A stretch of 64,000 nucleotides of DNA from Candidatus Butyricimonas faecavium (GCA_019117165.1 DXAG01000016.1:216-64215); one strand, 5' to 3'. Numbered from the stretch's first letter, positions 30,391 to 41,111 are shown. The notes: generated from the sequence alone by a model not told the origin. Program-made: numbers and translations.

Positions 30391-30447
30391 TTGAAAATGA
30401 AGGCCAGTTGGAGCTGGTAATCTAAAATTTAAAATCTAAAATAGGTC

Positions 30448-30840
30448 ATGGCTTCAATTTTCACTATGATTATTAACGGGGAGATTCCATCTTACAAGGT
30501 GGCCGAGGATGAACATTATTATGCATTCTTGGATATTAATCCCATGCAAAAAGGACACACGCTAGTGGTTCCGAAAAGAGAAGAAGATTATTTGTTCGAT
30601 TTAACGGATGAAGAATTAGCCGGAATGATGGTGTTTGCCAAAAAGGTAGCCAAAGCTATTAAAAAGAGCATTCCTTGCCAACGAGTGGGGGTGGCTGTGA
30701 TTGGATTGGATGTTCCGCATGCTCATATTCACTTGGTTCCTTTGGTTGAAGGTAACGAGTTGAACTTTTCTAACCCAAAGAAACAATTCCCGAAAGAGGA
30801 AATGGAAGCTTGTGCTAAGCTGATTAATAGCAATTTGTAA
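30448..30840 (+). CDS. HIT-family nucleotide hydrolase
   Basis: SIFTMIINGEIP, GHTLVVPK, HAHIH triad. Confidence 0.93.
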   Translation: MASIFTMIINGEIPSYKVAEDEHYYAFLDINPMQKGHTLVVPKREEDYLFDLTDEELAGMMVFAKKVAKAIKKSIPCQRVGVAVIGLDVPHAHIHLVPLVEGNELNFSNPKKQFPKEEMEACAKLINSNL

Positions 30841-30861
30841 AAATATTAGACAATTTATCAT

Positions 30862-30889
30862 GAGGGACGCAATCACGTCCCTTTTTTTT
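30862..30889 (+). terminator. Intrinsic terminator after greA-HIT
   Basis: GAGGGACG/CGTCCCTT plus T run. Confidence 0.7.
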
Positions 30890-30897
30890 ATCAGAAG

Positions 30898-31389
30898 ATG
30901 GAAAGAAAAAAATTATATAATGCTTACGAGCAACACGAGGGATATAATTGTTTCGGTTGTGCATCCGGAAATGAACATGGCTTACGCTGTGAATTCTACG
31001 AAGAGGGAGAATATATTACTTGTCATTGGATGCCTCGTCCCGAATTTCAAGGTTTTTTTCACGTGTTGCATGGAGGAATTCAAGCAACATTGATTGATGA
31101 AATTGCATGTTGGAATATTTTTGCCAAAGTGAAAAGTGCTGGAGTTACAGTTGAATTAACCACGAAATATCGTTCCACGGTTTATTCCGATCGAGGAGAA
31201 CTATTCCTGCGTTCCCGCATCGTGGAACAAACTTCTCGTTTGGCGAAGATGCACGTGGAATTATTCAATGCTGATGGAACATTGGGAAGTGAGGCCGATG
31301 TGGTTTATCGAATATTCCCGGAAAATGTAGCTCGCCAACGATTAGGATGGACAGGAATCGAGGCATTTCATCGTGAAGAAAGTAAATGA
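30898..31389 (+). CDS. PaaI-family thioesterase
   Basis: YNCFGC, LHGGIQATLIDE hot-dog motif. Confidence 0.88.
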   Translation: MERKKLYNAYEQHEGYNCFGCASGNEHGLRCEFYEEGEYITCHWMPRPEFQGFFHVLHGGIQATLIDEIACWNIFAKVKSAGVTVELTTKYRSTVYSDRGELFLRSRIVEQTSRLAKMHVELFNADGTLGSEADVVYRIFPENVARQRLGWTGIEAFHREESK

Positions 31390-31417
31390 TTATTTTTGTT
31401 GAGAAATAATTGATCTT

Positions 31418-32050
31418 ATGAGATACAAAAATGTGGTTTGGGATTGGAACGGGACGTTACTGGATGACGTGAAGATTAGTGTGGATACGATTAACGTGAT
31501 GTTGGAACGGAAACATTTGGAAAAACTGACAGTTGAGGAATACCGGGCTATTTTCGGATTTCCCGTGAAGCCTTATTATGAATTGATTGGTTTTGATTTC
31601 ACACGGGATGATTGGGAGGCAGTGTCGAGAGATTTCGTAAATATTTATAATGATTTGTCGAAAGACGTGGAACTGACACCTGGGATTATTCCCGTGTTGG
31701 AGGGGATAAAGAAAAAGGGTATTCGACAATTTGTACTATCGGCATTGAAAGAAGATTTGTTGATAGGAATGTTAGGGCGATTTGGTATTCGGGAATATTT
31801 TGAGGGTGTTTGTGGGTCAAATAACATTTATGCGGATGGTAAGGTGGCACGAGGAATGGAAATGTTGCGGATGTTCCCGATCGTGCCGAGTGAGACGGTT
31901 ATGGTTGGTGACACGCTACATGATGCAGAAGTGGCAGAGGCTTTGGGCTTTGATTTTAGGTTATATGCCGGAGGGCATAATAGTAGGGAGCGATTGGAAA
32001 AGAAAGGGATTGTGTTACAACGGATGGAACAACTTTTGCTGGAAGATTAA
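31418..32050 (+). CDS. HAD-family hydrolase (phosphoglycolate phosphatase-like)
   Basis: WDWNGTLLDD motif I; MVGDTLHD motif IV. Confidence 0.88.
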   Translation: MRYKNVVWDWNGTLLDDVKISVDTINVMLERKHLEKLTVEEYRAIFGFPVKPYYELIGFDFTRDDWEAVSRDFVNIYNDLSKDVELTPGIIPVLEGIKKKGIRQFVLSALKEDLLIGMLGRFGIREYFEGVCGSNNIYADGKVARGMEMLRMFPIVPSETVMVGDTLHDAEVAEALGFDFRLYAGGHNSRERLEKKGIVLQRMEQLLLED

Positions 32051-32057
32051 TACTGAT

Positions 32058-32618
32058 TTATATTCCGAACAGAATAGATTTTAAGTTATTTCTGAGGATG
32101 GATAATGCTCGTTGGAAATGGGTCTTCACGGTTGTTTCTGCAATGTTCATTTGTTCGGCGATTTCACGGACCTTTTTCTTTTCTACGACGTGTAGTAAGA
32201 GAACTTCCCGTTGTTTTTCTGGTAAAGAATTCAATATATATTCCAGCCGTTCATGGATGTCTTCATCAATTTCCGGGTCTTCAATACTAGAGAATAACAT
32301 GGCTTCAATGATTTTATCTTGATGTTTGTATTGAATATTTAGGGAACGGAGATAGTTCAAACAATTATTTTTGACAATACCTAATAAGTAATAAAATACT
32401 GGTTGAGTTTCGTTGTAACGTTCGGGGTGAGACCATAGGGAAAGAAAAGCATCTTGCACAAGGTCTTCGGCGTCATCCCAGTCGTAGAGATAACGCATGG
32501 CGTATTGTTGCAGCTTGTTAAAAGACGTTCGGTATAGTTCGTGAAAAGCCTCTTGATCGTGTTTTTTGATCAAGTGTCCCAAGTCGTCTTGTACAGTAAA
32601 CTGATTCATTGTTGACAT
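32058..32618 (-). CDS. ECF sigma-70 factor, locus 2 (divergent from fecR)
   Basis: AEDLVQDAF; LPEKQREV..EIAEQMNIAETTVKTH; -7 box TATCTTTG at 32630-32637 (minus). Confidence 0.93.
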   Translation of the reverse strand: MSTMNQFTVQDDLGHLIKKHDQEAFHELYRTSFNKLQQYAMRYLYDWDDAEDLVQDAFLSLWSHPERYNETQPVFYYLLGIVKNNCLNYLRSLNIQYKHQDKIIEAMLFSSIEDPEIDEDIHERLEYILNSLPEKQREVLLLHVVEKKKVREIAEQMNIAETTVKTHFQRALSILRNNLKSILFGI

Positions 32619-32723
32619 CTTATTTCGGACAAAGATAAATTTTTTTTTGGTATCGTGTCATCTGTTTTTGAATCTCGTGTTAATTAGGAGTAAAATGCAA
32701 CGTTTGATTAAGGATGTTGACTT

Positions 32724-33899
32724 ATGGATAAGAAAATTAATATTAGCTGGGACATTTTGGTAAAAAAGGTACGATGGGGGCTGACACCGGAGGAAGAGAG
32801 AGCTTTTCAGAAATGGCTGGCTCAAGATAAAAGTCATGAAGTATATTTTGAACGAGTGCGAAAGGTTTGGGATGCTGATGAACCGACCTCTTCTTTGAAG
32901 TCGAATTTAGCTAGGGTGATGACACGTTTCGATGCTTATGTGGAAAAAGAGAAAGAACTTCGTCGTCACCGGATGATGCGCAACGTGTATAGGTATGTAG
33001 CTTGTTTACTGGTGATTTTGATCGTGGGAGGAGGAATGTATTTTTTTTACCAGAATGATGAGCCAGTTGAAGTGGAGCCCAAGCTGGCCCAAGAGATACT
33101 TCCGGGAGGGAATAGGGCAATTATTCTTTTGGCAGACGGAGAAAAGGTGGACGTGGAGTGGCTGGCTGATTCTAACCGTTATAAGGTAGACGGGGTTGAA
33201 GTCACGACGGAAGAGGGGAAGATTCGATACATAGAAAAAAGTAATGCGAAAGTGGAGTATAACACGATCATGATCCCAAGGGGTGGAGAGTATCAAGTGG
33301 AGTTGAGTGATGGGACAAAGGTTTGGTTAAATGCAGAGACTCAATTAAGAATTCCGACAACGTTCGTGGGGACCGAGAGAAGGGTGTTTTTAAAAGGAGA
33401 GGCTTATTTTGATGTGACGAAGAATGATAAACAACCTTTTATCGTAGAGACAGATCTAGGAGAGGTAAAGGTATACGGGACACAGTTTAACGTGAAATTT
33501 TATCCCGAAGAGAAGGAGATAAAGGCCACGCTAGTAGAAGGAAATATCGGTTTTAGGAGCGAACAAGTGGCAGAATTGAAAATAAAACCGGGGTATCAGT
33601 TGAGATTAGCGGAGGGGGCTAAAAAACCGGAAGTGAAACCTGTGAAAATTTATAATGAGATCGCATGGAAGAATAGGATGTTTTGTTTTGAGAGCGAGAG
33701 ATTGGAAAGTATTATGATCAAGTTGGAAAGGTGGTATAACGTGGATGTCGTTTTCGAAGACCCGACATTGAAAAACTTTAAGTTTTCGGGAAATCTGAAT
33801 CGCTATGATAATATTGACAAGATATTACACTTTTTTGAAGAAGTGTTCGATGTTAAATTTGTTGTGGAAGGACATACGATAAAAGTAATGCGAAAATAA
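32724..33899 (+). CDS. FecR-family anti-sigma factor
   Basis: PRGGEYQVELSDGTKVWLNA, VYGTQFNV, LERWYNV. Confidence 0.93.
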   Translation: MDKKINISWDILVKKVRWGLTPEEERAFQKWLAQDKSHEVYFERVRKVWDADEPTSSLKSNLARVMTRFDAYVEKEKELRRHRMMRNVYRYVACLLVILIVGGGMYFFYQNDEPVEVEPKLAQEILPGGNRAIILLADGEKVDVEWLADSNRYKVDGVEVTTEEGKIRYIEKSNAKVEYNTIMIPRGGEYQVELSDGTKVWLNAETQLRIPTTFVGTERRVFLKGEAYFDVTKNDKQPFIVETDLGEVKVYGTQFNVKFYPEEKEIKATLVEGNIGFRSEQVAELKIKPGYQLRLAEGAKKPEVKPVKIYNEIAWKNRMFCFESERLESIMIKLERWYNVDVVFEDPTLKNFKFSGNLNRYDNIDKILHFFEEVFDVKFVVEGHTIKVMRK

Positions 33900-33988
33900 A
33901 AAAGCAGAGAATGCATTCTTTGGTCGGCAAACTTTAGATGGCATTCTCTACACGGTGATTAATATTAACAATTAATTTTACAAATGTA
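33896..33988 (-). ncRNA. Putative antisense sRNA unit upstream of susC2 (DonS-like)
   Basis: Minus-strand TACATTTG (33981-33988); stem 33904-33914/33941-33951 followed on minus strand by T6. Confidence 0.55.
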
Positions 33989-36900
33989 TGAAAAAAAGGA
34001 CACGTGACAGGCATGTGCGGTCTGTATTTTTACAAAAAATTTTACTGGTAGTATTTTTAATGTTCTCTTTTTCGTTGTCTTATGCGGGGAGAGAGGACTC
34101 AACGAAACTGGTTAATTTTACGGTGAAATCAGAGTCATTGAATAATGCCTTGATCAAGTTTAAAGATTTGACGGGAGTGCAGATTCTTTTTAATGAAGAG
34201 CTTTTGGGTGATAAGGCTTGTAAGGATTTGAATCTGGTGAATGTTACCGTTGATGTCGCTCTTGGAAAAATTCTGGAAGGAAGTGGATTCGTGTATTCTA
34301 AGGTTGACGGGGTTTACGTGGTAAAAAGAGCCCCGGAAGAAAAAGATGTACAAGTGACTCCCCGAGTGTTCACCGGAGAGGTTGTTGACGTGAATGGGGA
34401 GCCTTTACCGGGGGTAACGGTTGTTGTGAAGGGAACTACTTTTGGAGGGGCAACGGATGTGGATGGGAAATTCGAGTTGTCACTTACCTTGGAAGGTGAA
34501 GTTACCTTAGTATTTTCGTTCGTGGGGATGGAAAGCCAAGAAATTGTGGTGAAGGATCAAAAGCCATTGCGGGTGGTCCTAAAGGAGAGTACTGAGAATT
34601 TGGAGGAAGTGGTGGTTACCGGTGTGTTCGAACGTAGGGCAGAAAGTTTTACAGGATCAGCAACAACAGTTACTCGGAAGGAATTGTTGAAACGGGGAAA
34701 TCAAAATTTGATTCAGAGTTTAAGGAATATGGATCCGGCGTTGAATATTTCTCAAAATTTGTCTTTTGGTTCGGATCCGAATAGGTTGCCGGACATGGAA
34801 TTACGGGGAACTTCTTCGTTCCCGGATATTAGAGGACAGTACTCGTCGAATCCGAATTTGCCTTTGTTTATTTTGGATGGTTTCGAGACAACCTTGGAAA
34901 AGGTGATCGATTTGGATATTAATCGGATTGAAAGTGTTACTTTGTTGAAAGATGCAGCTGCAAAAGCAATCTATGGTTCTAAGGCTGCAAATGGGGTAAT
35001 GGTTATCGAAACCGTACGCGTACAATCCGGGGAGTTACGGGTGAATTATATCGGTTCTTTGAATCTGGAAATGCCTGATTTGAGTAGTTACAATTTGTGT
35101 AACGCTAGAGAGAAATTAGATTTGGAATACAAGTTGGGTGCTTACAATGGAACAACGCCTAAGCAGGATTTTGAGAAAAAGCAATTGTATTATCAAAATC
35201 TAGAAGAAGTGGAGAAAGGGGTAAATACGGATTGGTTGTCGAAACCTTTACGTAATGGAGTCGGACATAAACATACGTTGAATTTTGAGGTCGGTACAAG
35301 TGAATTGAGAGTAGGGGTAGATCTTTCTTATAATAATATCGAGGGGGTTATGAAGGGTTCTAATCGTAACACGATAGGAGGAGGATTCACCGTAATCTAT
35401 CAATATAAAAAGTTATTGTTTCGGAATCAGTTCTCGTTTTCAACCACAAAGTCAGAAGATTCTCCATATGGTGAATTCTCTGAATATGCCAAGTTGAATG
35501 CTTATTGGCGTCCTTATAACGAGGATGGAACATTGAGAAAATATTTGGGGGTCGGTCCTGTGTTTTCGGAAAAAGTGTATAACCCTTTATATAATGCCAC
35601 AATAAATACGACATATAAGAAGAATTATACAGATTATACGAATAATACTTATTTGGAATGGAATATTCAGCCGGGGATGAAGCTTGTAGGACGTGTTGGT
35701 TTGACAAATAGGATTAGCGGGGGAGAAGAGTTTTTGCCGGGAAGTCATTTGAAATTTATAAATACGGCAGAGGATGATTTTTTCAAACGAGGAAGTTATA
35801 AGCAAACTTACGGAAAATCATTTTCTGTAAGTTCGGATATAAACTTGAATTATTCTCATAATTGGGATAAACATATTTTGTTTGCTAATTTGGGTGCTAA
35901 TATTCGTAGTAGTAATTCAGAAGAATACATCCATTCTGCAGTTGGTTTTCCGAATGATAAAATGGATAATATCATTTTTGCAAAGCAATACGCTGACAAT
36001 TCAAAGCCAACGGGAAGCGAGTCTATTGACAGGGAAGTGGGAGCTTTGTTGGCCGTGAACTATTCATACGATGATCGTTATTTAGCAGACTTTTCGTTGA
36101 GGGCAAGTGCTTCTTCCCAGTTTGGATCAGATAATCGGTGGGGAACTTTCTGGTCTGCCGGTTTGGGATGGAACATGCATAACGAGGCTTTCTTTAAGGA
36201 ATCTGGTGTGGTAAGACAATTGCGATTGAGAGCATCTATGGGATATACAGGTTCTCAGAACTTTAATTCATACCAAGGGATGTTATTGTATAATTACTTC
36301 ACGGATGATTCTTATCTGGATTTTATCGGAACTTATTTGGAAGGGTTGGCTAACAGCAAATTAAAATGGCAGCAGAAATTTGATACAAACTATGGTATTG
36401 ATGTGAATTTATGGGGGCGTTTGAACATGAAGTTTGATTACTATCGTTCGGTAACCAATAATTTGTTGACCGATATTACGACTCCACCTTCTTTGGGATT
36501 TACCAGTTACAAAGATAATTTAGGTAAGTTGTTAAATACCGGGTACGAGTTTAATATAAATTATTTGGTACTTTCTCGTCCGGAAGATCGGATGTCATTA
36601 AACGTGTTTGTTGCCGGAACTTCCAACAAGAACAAGATAAAGGAAATTTCTAATTCATTGAGTTCGCTGACGAGTTCGCAAGATAAAGAAGCTGCTACAT
36701 CAAACAAACCTTTCGTGCGTTTTGTCGAGGGGCAATCTTTGAATGCAATCTGGGCCGTTCGTTCTAAGGGCATAGATCCATCTAGTGGTAAGGAAGTTTT
36801 TGTACGTCCTGACGGGATATTGACAGATACGTGGTCTGCTTTGGATCAAGTGGTTTGTGGAGATACCGAACCGAAGTTAATGGGAAATGTTGGTTTTACT

Positions 36901-37326
36901 TTTGAATATAAGGGATTATCTGTGTCTTTCACCGGATTGTATCGTATCGGTGAGTATATGTATAATCAAACTTTGGTGGATAAGGTTGAAAATGCACAGT
37001 TGAATTATAATGTGGATAAACGTGCTTATTATGATGCATGGATGAAAGAGGGGGATAATGTACAATTCAAGAGTATCGGGGCTTGGAACAAACCGACTCA
37101 AGCAACTTCCCGTTTTGTCCAGAAATTAAATGAATTCGATTTTTCGGCATTGTCGATCGGGTATGATTTTTATCGGTTTGGATTTGTGGAGAAATGTGGT
37201 TTGGAAAGATTACAGTTGCAATTTAATATGAATGATATAGGTAAAATATCTTCAGTCCAGATAGAACGGGGAACTTCATATCCTTTTGCCCGGTATTGTT
37301 CGTTTACGTTGAATGTTAATTTTTAA
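33988..37326 (+). CDS. SusC/RagA TonB-dependent transducer
   Basis: STN domain, EEVVVTG, PLFILDGF, LKDAAAKAIYGSKAANGV, C-terminal Phe. Confidence 0.95.
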   Translation: MKKRTRDRHVRSVFLQKILLVVFLMFSFSLSYAGREDSTKLVNFTVKSESLNNALIKFKDLTGVQILFNEELLGDKACKDLNLVNVTVDVALGKILEGSGFVYSKVDGVYVVKRAPEEKDVQVTPRVFTGEVVDVNGEPLPGVTVVVKGTTFGGATDVDGKFELSLTLEGEVTLVFSFVGMESQEIVVKDQKPLRVVLKESTENLEEVVVTGVFERRAESFTGSATTVTRKELLKRGNQNLIQSLRNMDPALNISQNLSFGSDPNRLPDMELRGTSSFPDIRGQYSSNPNLPLFILDGFETTLEKVIDLDINRIESVTLLKDAAAKAIYGSKAANGVMVIETVRVQSGELRVNYIGSLNLEMPDLSSYNLCNAREKLDLEYKLGAYNGTTPKQDFEKKQLYYQNLEEVEKGVNTDWLSKPLRNGVGHKHTLNFEVGTSELRVGVDLSYNNIEGVMKGSNRNTIGGGFTVIYQYKKLLFRNQFSFSTTKSEDSPYGEFSEYAKLNAYWRPYNEDGTLRKYLGVGPVFSEKVYNPLYNATINTTYKKNYTDYTNNTYLEWNIQPGMKLVGRVGLTNRISGGEEFLPGSHLKFINTAEDDFFKRGSYKQTYGKSFSVSSDINLNYSHNWDKHILFANLGANIRSSNSEEYIHSAVGFPNDKMDNIIFAKQYADNSKPTGSESIDREVGALLAVNYSYDDRYLADFSLRASASSQFGSDNRWGTFWSAGLGWNMHNEAFFKESGVVRQLRLRASMGYTGSQNFNSYQGMLLYNYFTDDSYLDFIGTYLEGLANSKLKWQQKFDTNYGIDVNLWGRLNMKFDYYRSVTNNLLTDITTPPSLGFTSYKDNLGKLLNTGYEFNINYLVLSRPEDRMSLNVFVAGTSNKNKIKEISNSLSSLTSSQDKEAATSNKPFVRFVEGQSLNAIWAVRSKGIDPSSGKEVFVRPDGILTDTWSALDQVVCGDTEPKLMGNVGFTFEYKGLSVSFTGLYRIGEYMYNQTLVDKVENAQLNYNVDKRAYYDAWMKEGDNVQFKSIGAWNKPTQATSRFVQKLNEFDFSALSIGYDFYRFGFVEKCGLERLQLQFNMNDIGKISSVQIERGTSYPFARYCSFTLNVNF

Positions 37327-37337
37327 GAAATCTGAAG

Positions 37338-38798
37338 ATGAAAAAGAGAATTATATACAGTGTATTACTGATTCTGACCGTACTGTTAAGTTCTTGCGAG
37401 TCATGGTTGGACGTGGAACCTCGTACAAAGGTGAAATCTGATGATTTGTTTGAAACAGAGGCCGGTTTTAAGGATGCTTTGATTGGGGCTTATACGTTGA
37501 TGAAAGCAGAGGCTCTTTACGGGCGTGAATTAACTTACGGGTTTATCGATGCTGTGACAGGTCCTTATGCCGCTTATAATAACAAGGTGTATAATGAAGT
37601 CGCACAATGGAAATATCTGACTAGTACGGCCGTACGAGCACAGATTGATGCAATATGGAGTAAGATGTACAATATGCTGGCGAACGTAAATAATCTATTG
37701 GATAATATTGATAAGCGTCAATCCGTTTTCACGGGTGATAATTATAATATTATTAAGGGAGAAGCATTGGGATTAAGGGCTTATATTCATTTTGACCTGT
37801 TACGTTTATTTGCATCAGCTGCCGATTTGAATAAAGAAGCAATTCCGTATGTAAAAAACTTACAAATCGAAGTTCCTCATGTGTACACGGGTAAAGAGGT
37901 GTTGGATTTGTTGAACGAGGATATTAAGAATGCTTTGATTTGTTTGGAAAAGGATCCCATTCGAGAAGGAAAAATGAAAGATCTTTCCGGTGATGGTTTT
38001 ATGAATGCCCGTCAGATGCGTATTAATTATTTTGCGGTGAAGGCTTTGCAGGCTCGTGTTGCCATGTGGGGAGATGATTTAGAGACAGCTAAGGCGGCTG
38101 CCGGGGAGATTTTGGCAATAGCTGATGATATTTTCCCTTGGGTAACGACAAGTGCTATTTCTGCAACGGAAGATAAGGATCGAGATTTCACGTTCTCGAC
38201 AGAACATATTTTTGCATTAAACGTGAAAGATTTGAAAGAATTGGCTAATACATGGTTCTTGACCGATGGGAATGGTCAACAGCTTTATTGTCAGAATTAC
38301 ACGATGCAACAGTGGTACGAGATCGGACGGGGAAATGCTGTTGGGGGAAATGATTATCGGGTAAATTACATTATGAAACAACAGGAGACCAGTAGTCGAG
38401 ATTACGTGATTCGTAAATATTATCAACCGGATAACTATAATGTGGATTATGCCAAGAGATTACCGATGATTCGTCGTTCTGAGATGGCATACATCATGGC
38501 TGAGTGTTTGATCGGAGAAGATGACGCAAGGGCTTTGGAGTATTTGAACGAGGTGAGACGGCATCGGGGTATCGTGTCTGATTTGACGGATGCAAGTAAA
38601 TTGCGTGACGAATTGACGAAAGAGTATGCGAAAGAGTTTCTGGCAGAAGGACAGCTTTTCTACTATTGCAAACGTAATGAGCTGACCAAATTCCCTTATG
38701 GTTACCAGACCGCAATGGAGGATAATGTTTACGTGTTGCCGAAACCGGATGATGAAATTGAGTTTGGAGACTATTACACAACAGATAATACAAAATAA
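37338..38798 (+). CDS. SusD/RagB lipoprotein
   Basis: Lipobox LSSC; GEALGLRAYIHFDLLRLF; EFLAEGQ. Confidence 0.93.
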   Translation: MKKRIIYSVLLILTVLLSSCESWLDVEPRTKVKSDDLFETEAGFKDALIGAYTLMKAEALYGRELTYGFIDAVTGPYAAYNNKVYNEVAQWKYLTSTAVRAQIDAIWSKMYNMLANVNNLLDNIDKRQSVFTGDNYNIIKGEALGLRAYIHFDLLRLFASAADLNKEAIPYVKNLQIEVPHVYTGKEVLDLLNEDIKNALICLEKDPIREGKMKDLSGDGFMNARQMRINYFAVKALQARVAMWGDDLETAKAAAGEILAIADDIFPWVTTSAISATEDKDRDFTFSTEHIFALNVKDLKELANTWFLTDGNGQQLYCQNYTMQQWYEIGRGNAVGGNDYRVNYIMKQQETSSRDYVIRKYYQPDNYNVDYAKRLPMIRRSEMAYIMAECLIGEDDARALEYLNEVRRHRGIVSDLTDASKLRDELTKEYAKEFLAEGQLFYYCKRNELTKFPYGYQTAMEDNVYVLPKPDDEIEFGDYYTTDNTK

Positions 38799-38805
38799 GA
38801 GAATT

Positions 38806-39549
38806 ATGAATTGTTATTTTAAATATATCATGCTGGTTGTAGCCTCGATATTTACTTTGTCTTCTTGTGAAGAAAAAGAGGTAGAGGTTTACGGGGACGA
38901 GACGTATCTGGTGTTTGAAATGCCGGGTTATGGATTGAATAATACCCCTCGGGATTCAATGGTGTTTTCTTTTCCGGCTAAAGGTGATGAATGTGTGGAA
39001 GATACCTTGTGGTTTAAAGTTCGTATTATCGGAAAATCGGTTCCATATGATCGGGAAATCAAGTTTGTGGTGAATGAGGAAACTACCACGGCGAAGAAAG
39101 ATGAAAATTATAAATTAGATCCGGTTAGTATGCCTGCTAATAGTTATACGGTAGATGTGCCTTTAGTCGTGTATCGTGCAGGTTTGAAGGATAAAAAGGT
39201 ACGTCTAGAGCTGATGGTTGAGCCGAACGAGTATTTTGGTGTTGGTTTTGAGAAAACGAGTAAAGGGATCTTTTTGTGGGGAGATATGTTTATTAAACCA
39301 GATAACTGGGATTCTTCTAATTATAAGAATTGTTTCGGGGAGTTTACCGAAACCCGTTATGCTTTCATTTTGGAGGCTTGCGGCATCGTGGAGTTACCAG
39401 ATCCACAGGATCTTGTGACATTAGGGTTTTATAATGCAAAGGTTCGTGAGGCTCTTTACGAATACAATAAAACTCATGATAAACCTCTAGAGGATGAACT
39501 TGGGTTGGTGGAATTTAACGTTTGGACCGGAGTAGGTGGTATTGGATAG
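38806..39549 (+). CDS. DUF4843-like lipoprotein
   Basis: Start placed at ATG 38806 (MNCYFKY...LSSC); PYDREIKF; KPDNW..FGEF..RY. Confidence 0.78.
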   Translation: MNCYFKYIMLVVASIFTLSSCEEKEVEVYGDETYLVFEMPGYGLNNTPRDSMVFSFPAKGDECVEDTLWFKVRIIGKSVPYDREIKFVVNEETTTAKKDENYKLDPVSMPANSYTVDVPLVVYRAGLKDKKVRLELMVEPNEYFGVGFEKTSKGIFLWGDMFIKPDNWDSSNYKNCFGEFTETRYAFILEACGIVELPDPQDLVTLGFYNAKVREALYEYNKTHDKPLEDELGLVEFNVWTGVGGIG

Positions 39550-39584
39550 GAAATATGGATGTTGATTGAATTAATTGAAAGGAT

Positions 39585-41093
39585 ATGAATAAAAATATAT
39601 GGATATTGATTATGGGATTTTTCCTTTTTCAAGCTTGTTTGGATTATGAAGGAAATTATTCCTATTCGGATTTGTTACCTATTGAGATTGATTCTTCTAA
39701 GATGGCAAATTCGTATCGAATAACCCAGTTGGATTATTTAGTCATCGATCCGGGGGTAAAGCAAGGGGAAGATGATTCGAATCTGTCTTATGAATGGAAA
39801 ATTTTCCAAGAATCAAATATGCCTAATACTGAAACAGGGAAAGTTGTAAATGATATCGTTGGGCAAGAAAGGAAATTGAATTACAAGGTAACGACTCCTC
39901 CAGGTGAATATACCCTTAGTTTTACCGTAACCGATAAACAAAATGGAGTTTCCGAGGTGATAGCCCGTAAACTTTATGTGGAATCTTTTGCTTCGGTGGG
40001 CTTGATGGTTATGCATGGTGATACTGATTCGACAGACGTAAGTATTCTAGTGAATGACAGGGTTGTTCCGGATGCAGCGATAGATGAGGTGAAACATAAT
40101 ATTTTCTCTATAACTAACGGTCATAGGGCTGCAGGAGCTCCGGGTATGGTTGCTTACGTGTCTAATACCCATAATGTTTATGTGTACACGAAAGGAAGTC
40201 AAGGGGGCTTTCGGACGAGAGGAAGTGATTTGGAAATATTGGATACATATGCTGATATGTTCACAGAGTCATTGGAAAGTAATGAAATCAAATTTCAAGG
40301 ATATAATTCATGGAGTTATAATGATTTATTGGTTAATGATGGGAAATTGTATTTTGCTTCACAGGCTTCGACTACATTCGTAAAATTTGGTGTTCCTATT
40401 TTTGGTTTGGAATATTATGCCGAACCGTTTATTGGGACTCAAGAACGAGGATATTATTTTGGTATTTTTTATGATAGATTGCAAAGACGTTTCTTGTATA
40501 TTGATGGTCAAAAATTACTTAAAACATTTAAGGAGGCCGGGGCATCAGCTGCTTTTGACATGAATATGGTGGGGAAAGATATGGTGTATGCAGAGCATGG
40601 TTTTGAGAAAAAATGGTATTGCGTGATGCGTGATCCGGATAATATGGCTGATTATTCTGTTTATGTGTGTGATTTTTCCAAATTTGACGATGGAAACCGA
40701 GGAAGTGGAAAATACAGTGCAAGCGGATGTACGGATATGAAAGATGCCAAGGCGTTTGCCGTGGGGAATCGAAGTGAATTACTTTATTATGCGACTGCGA
40801 CAGAAATTAAGCAGTGTAATTTTAAGGATGGGGGAACTTCAACTTTGCGTTATACTCTGCCAAACGAATTGATTCAAGCGGGGTATGAAATTACGATGAT
40901 GTATTTGTTTAAAGTTTCCGGTAATGTGAATGAAGGCAAACTTCTTTATGTCGGGGTTTATAATTCAACAACAGGAGAAGGGAAATTGTTGGAATGTCCG
41001 ATCGTGGAAACAAGTGGAGAGATCCTAAAAGACAAGGTTAAGACGTATGATGGATTCAAGAAGATTACTCATATGGCTTATAAATCAAAATAG
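39585..41093 (+). CDS. PKD-like family surface lipoprotein
   Basis: ACLDYEGNYSY, LSYEW, PGEYTLSFTVTD; C-terminal YDGFKKITHM. Confidence 0.8.
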   Translation: MNKNIWILIMGFFLFQACLDYEGNYSYSDLLPIEIDSSKMANSYRITQLDYLVIDPGVKQGEDDSNLSYEWKIFQESNMPNTETGKVVNDIVGQERKLNYKVTTPPGEYTLSFTVTDKQNGVSEVIARKLYVESFASVGLMVMHGDTDSTDVSILVNDRVVPDAAIDEVKHNIFSITNGHRAAGAPGMVAYVSNTHNVYVYTKGSQGGFRTRGSDLEILDTYADMFTESLESNEIKFQGYNSWSYNDLLVNDGKLYFASQASTTFVKFGVPIFGLEYYAEPFIGTQERGYYFGIFYDRLQRRFLYIDGQKLLKTFKEAGASAAFDMNMVGKDMVYAEHGFEKKWYCVMRDPDNMADYSVYVCDFSKFDDGNRGSGKYSASGCTDMKDAKAFAVGNRSELLYYATATEIKQCNFKDGGTSTLRYTLPNELIQAGYEITMMYLFKVSGNVNEGKLLYVGVYNSTTGEGKLLECPIVETSGEILKDKVKTYDGFKKITHMAYKSK

Positions 41094-41111
41094 ACATAAA
41101 GTTTAGTACTC

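Noticed and set aside
32640-32648. T9 tract between the divergent sigma and fecR promoters as a phase-variation site
   Set aside because: Short T-runs are common in these AT-rich spacers; no evidence of length variation
38698-38805. N-terminal extensions in the ORF track (also 6412-6468, 42305-42337, 51821-51874, 59230-59298)
   Set aside because: They overlap upstream genes or promoter/leader elements; downstream ATGs give proper signal peptides or family N-termini
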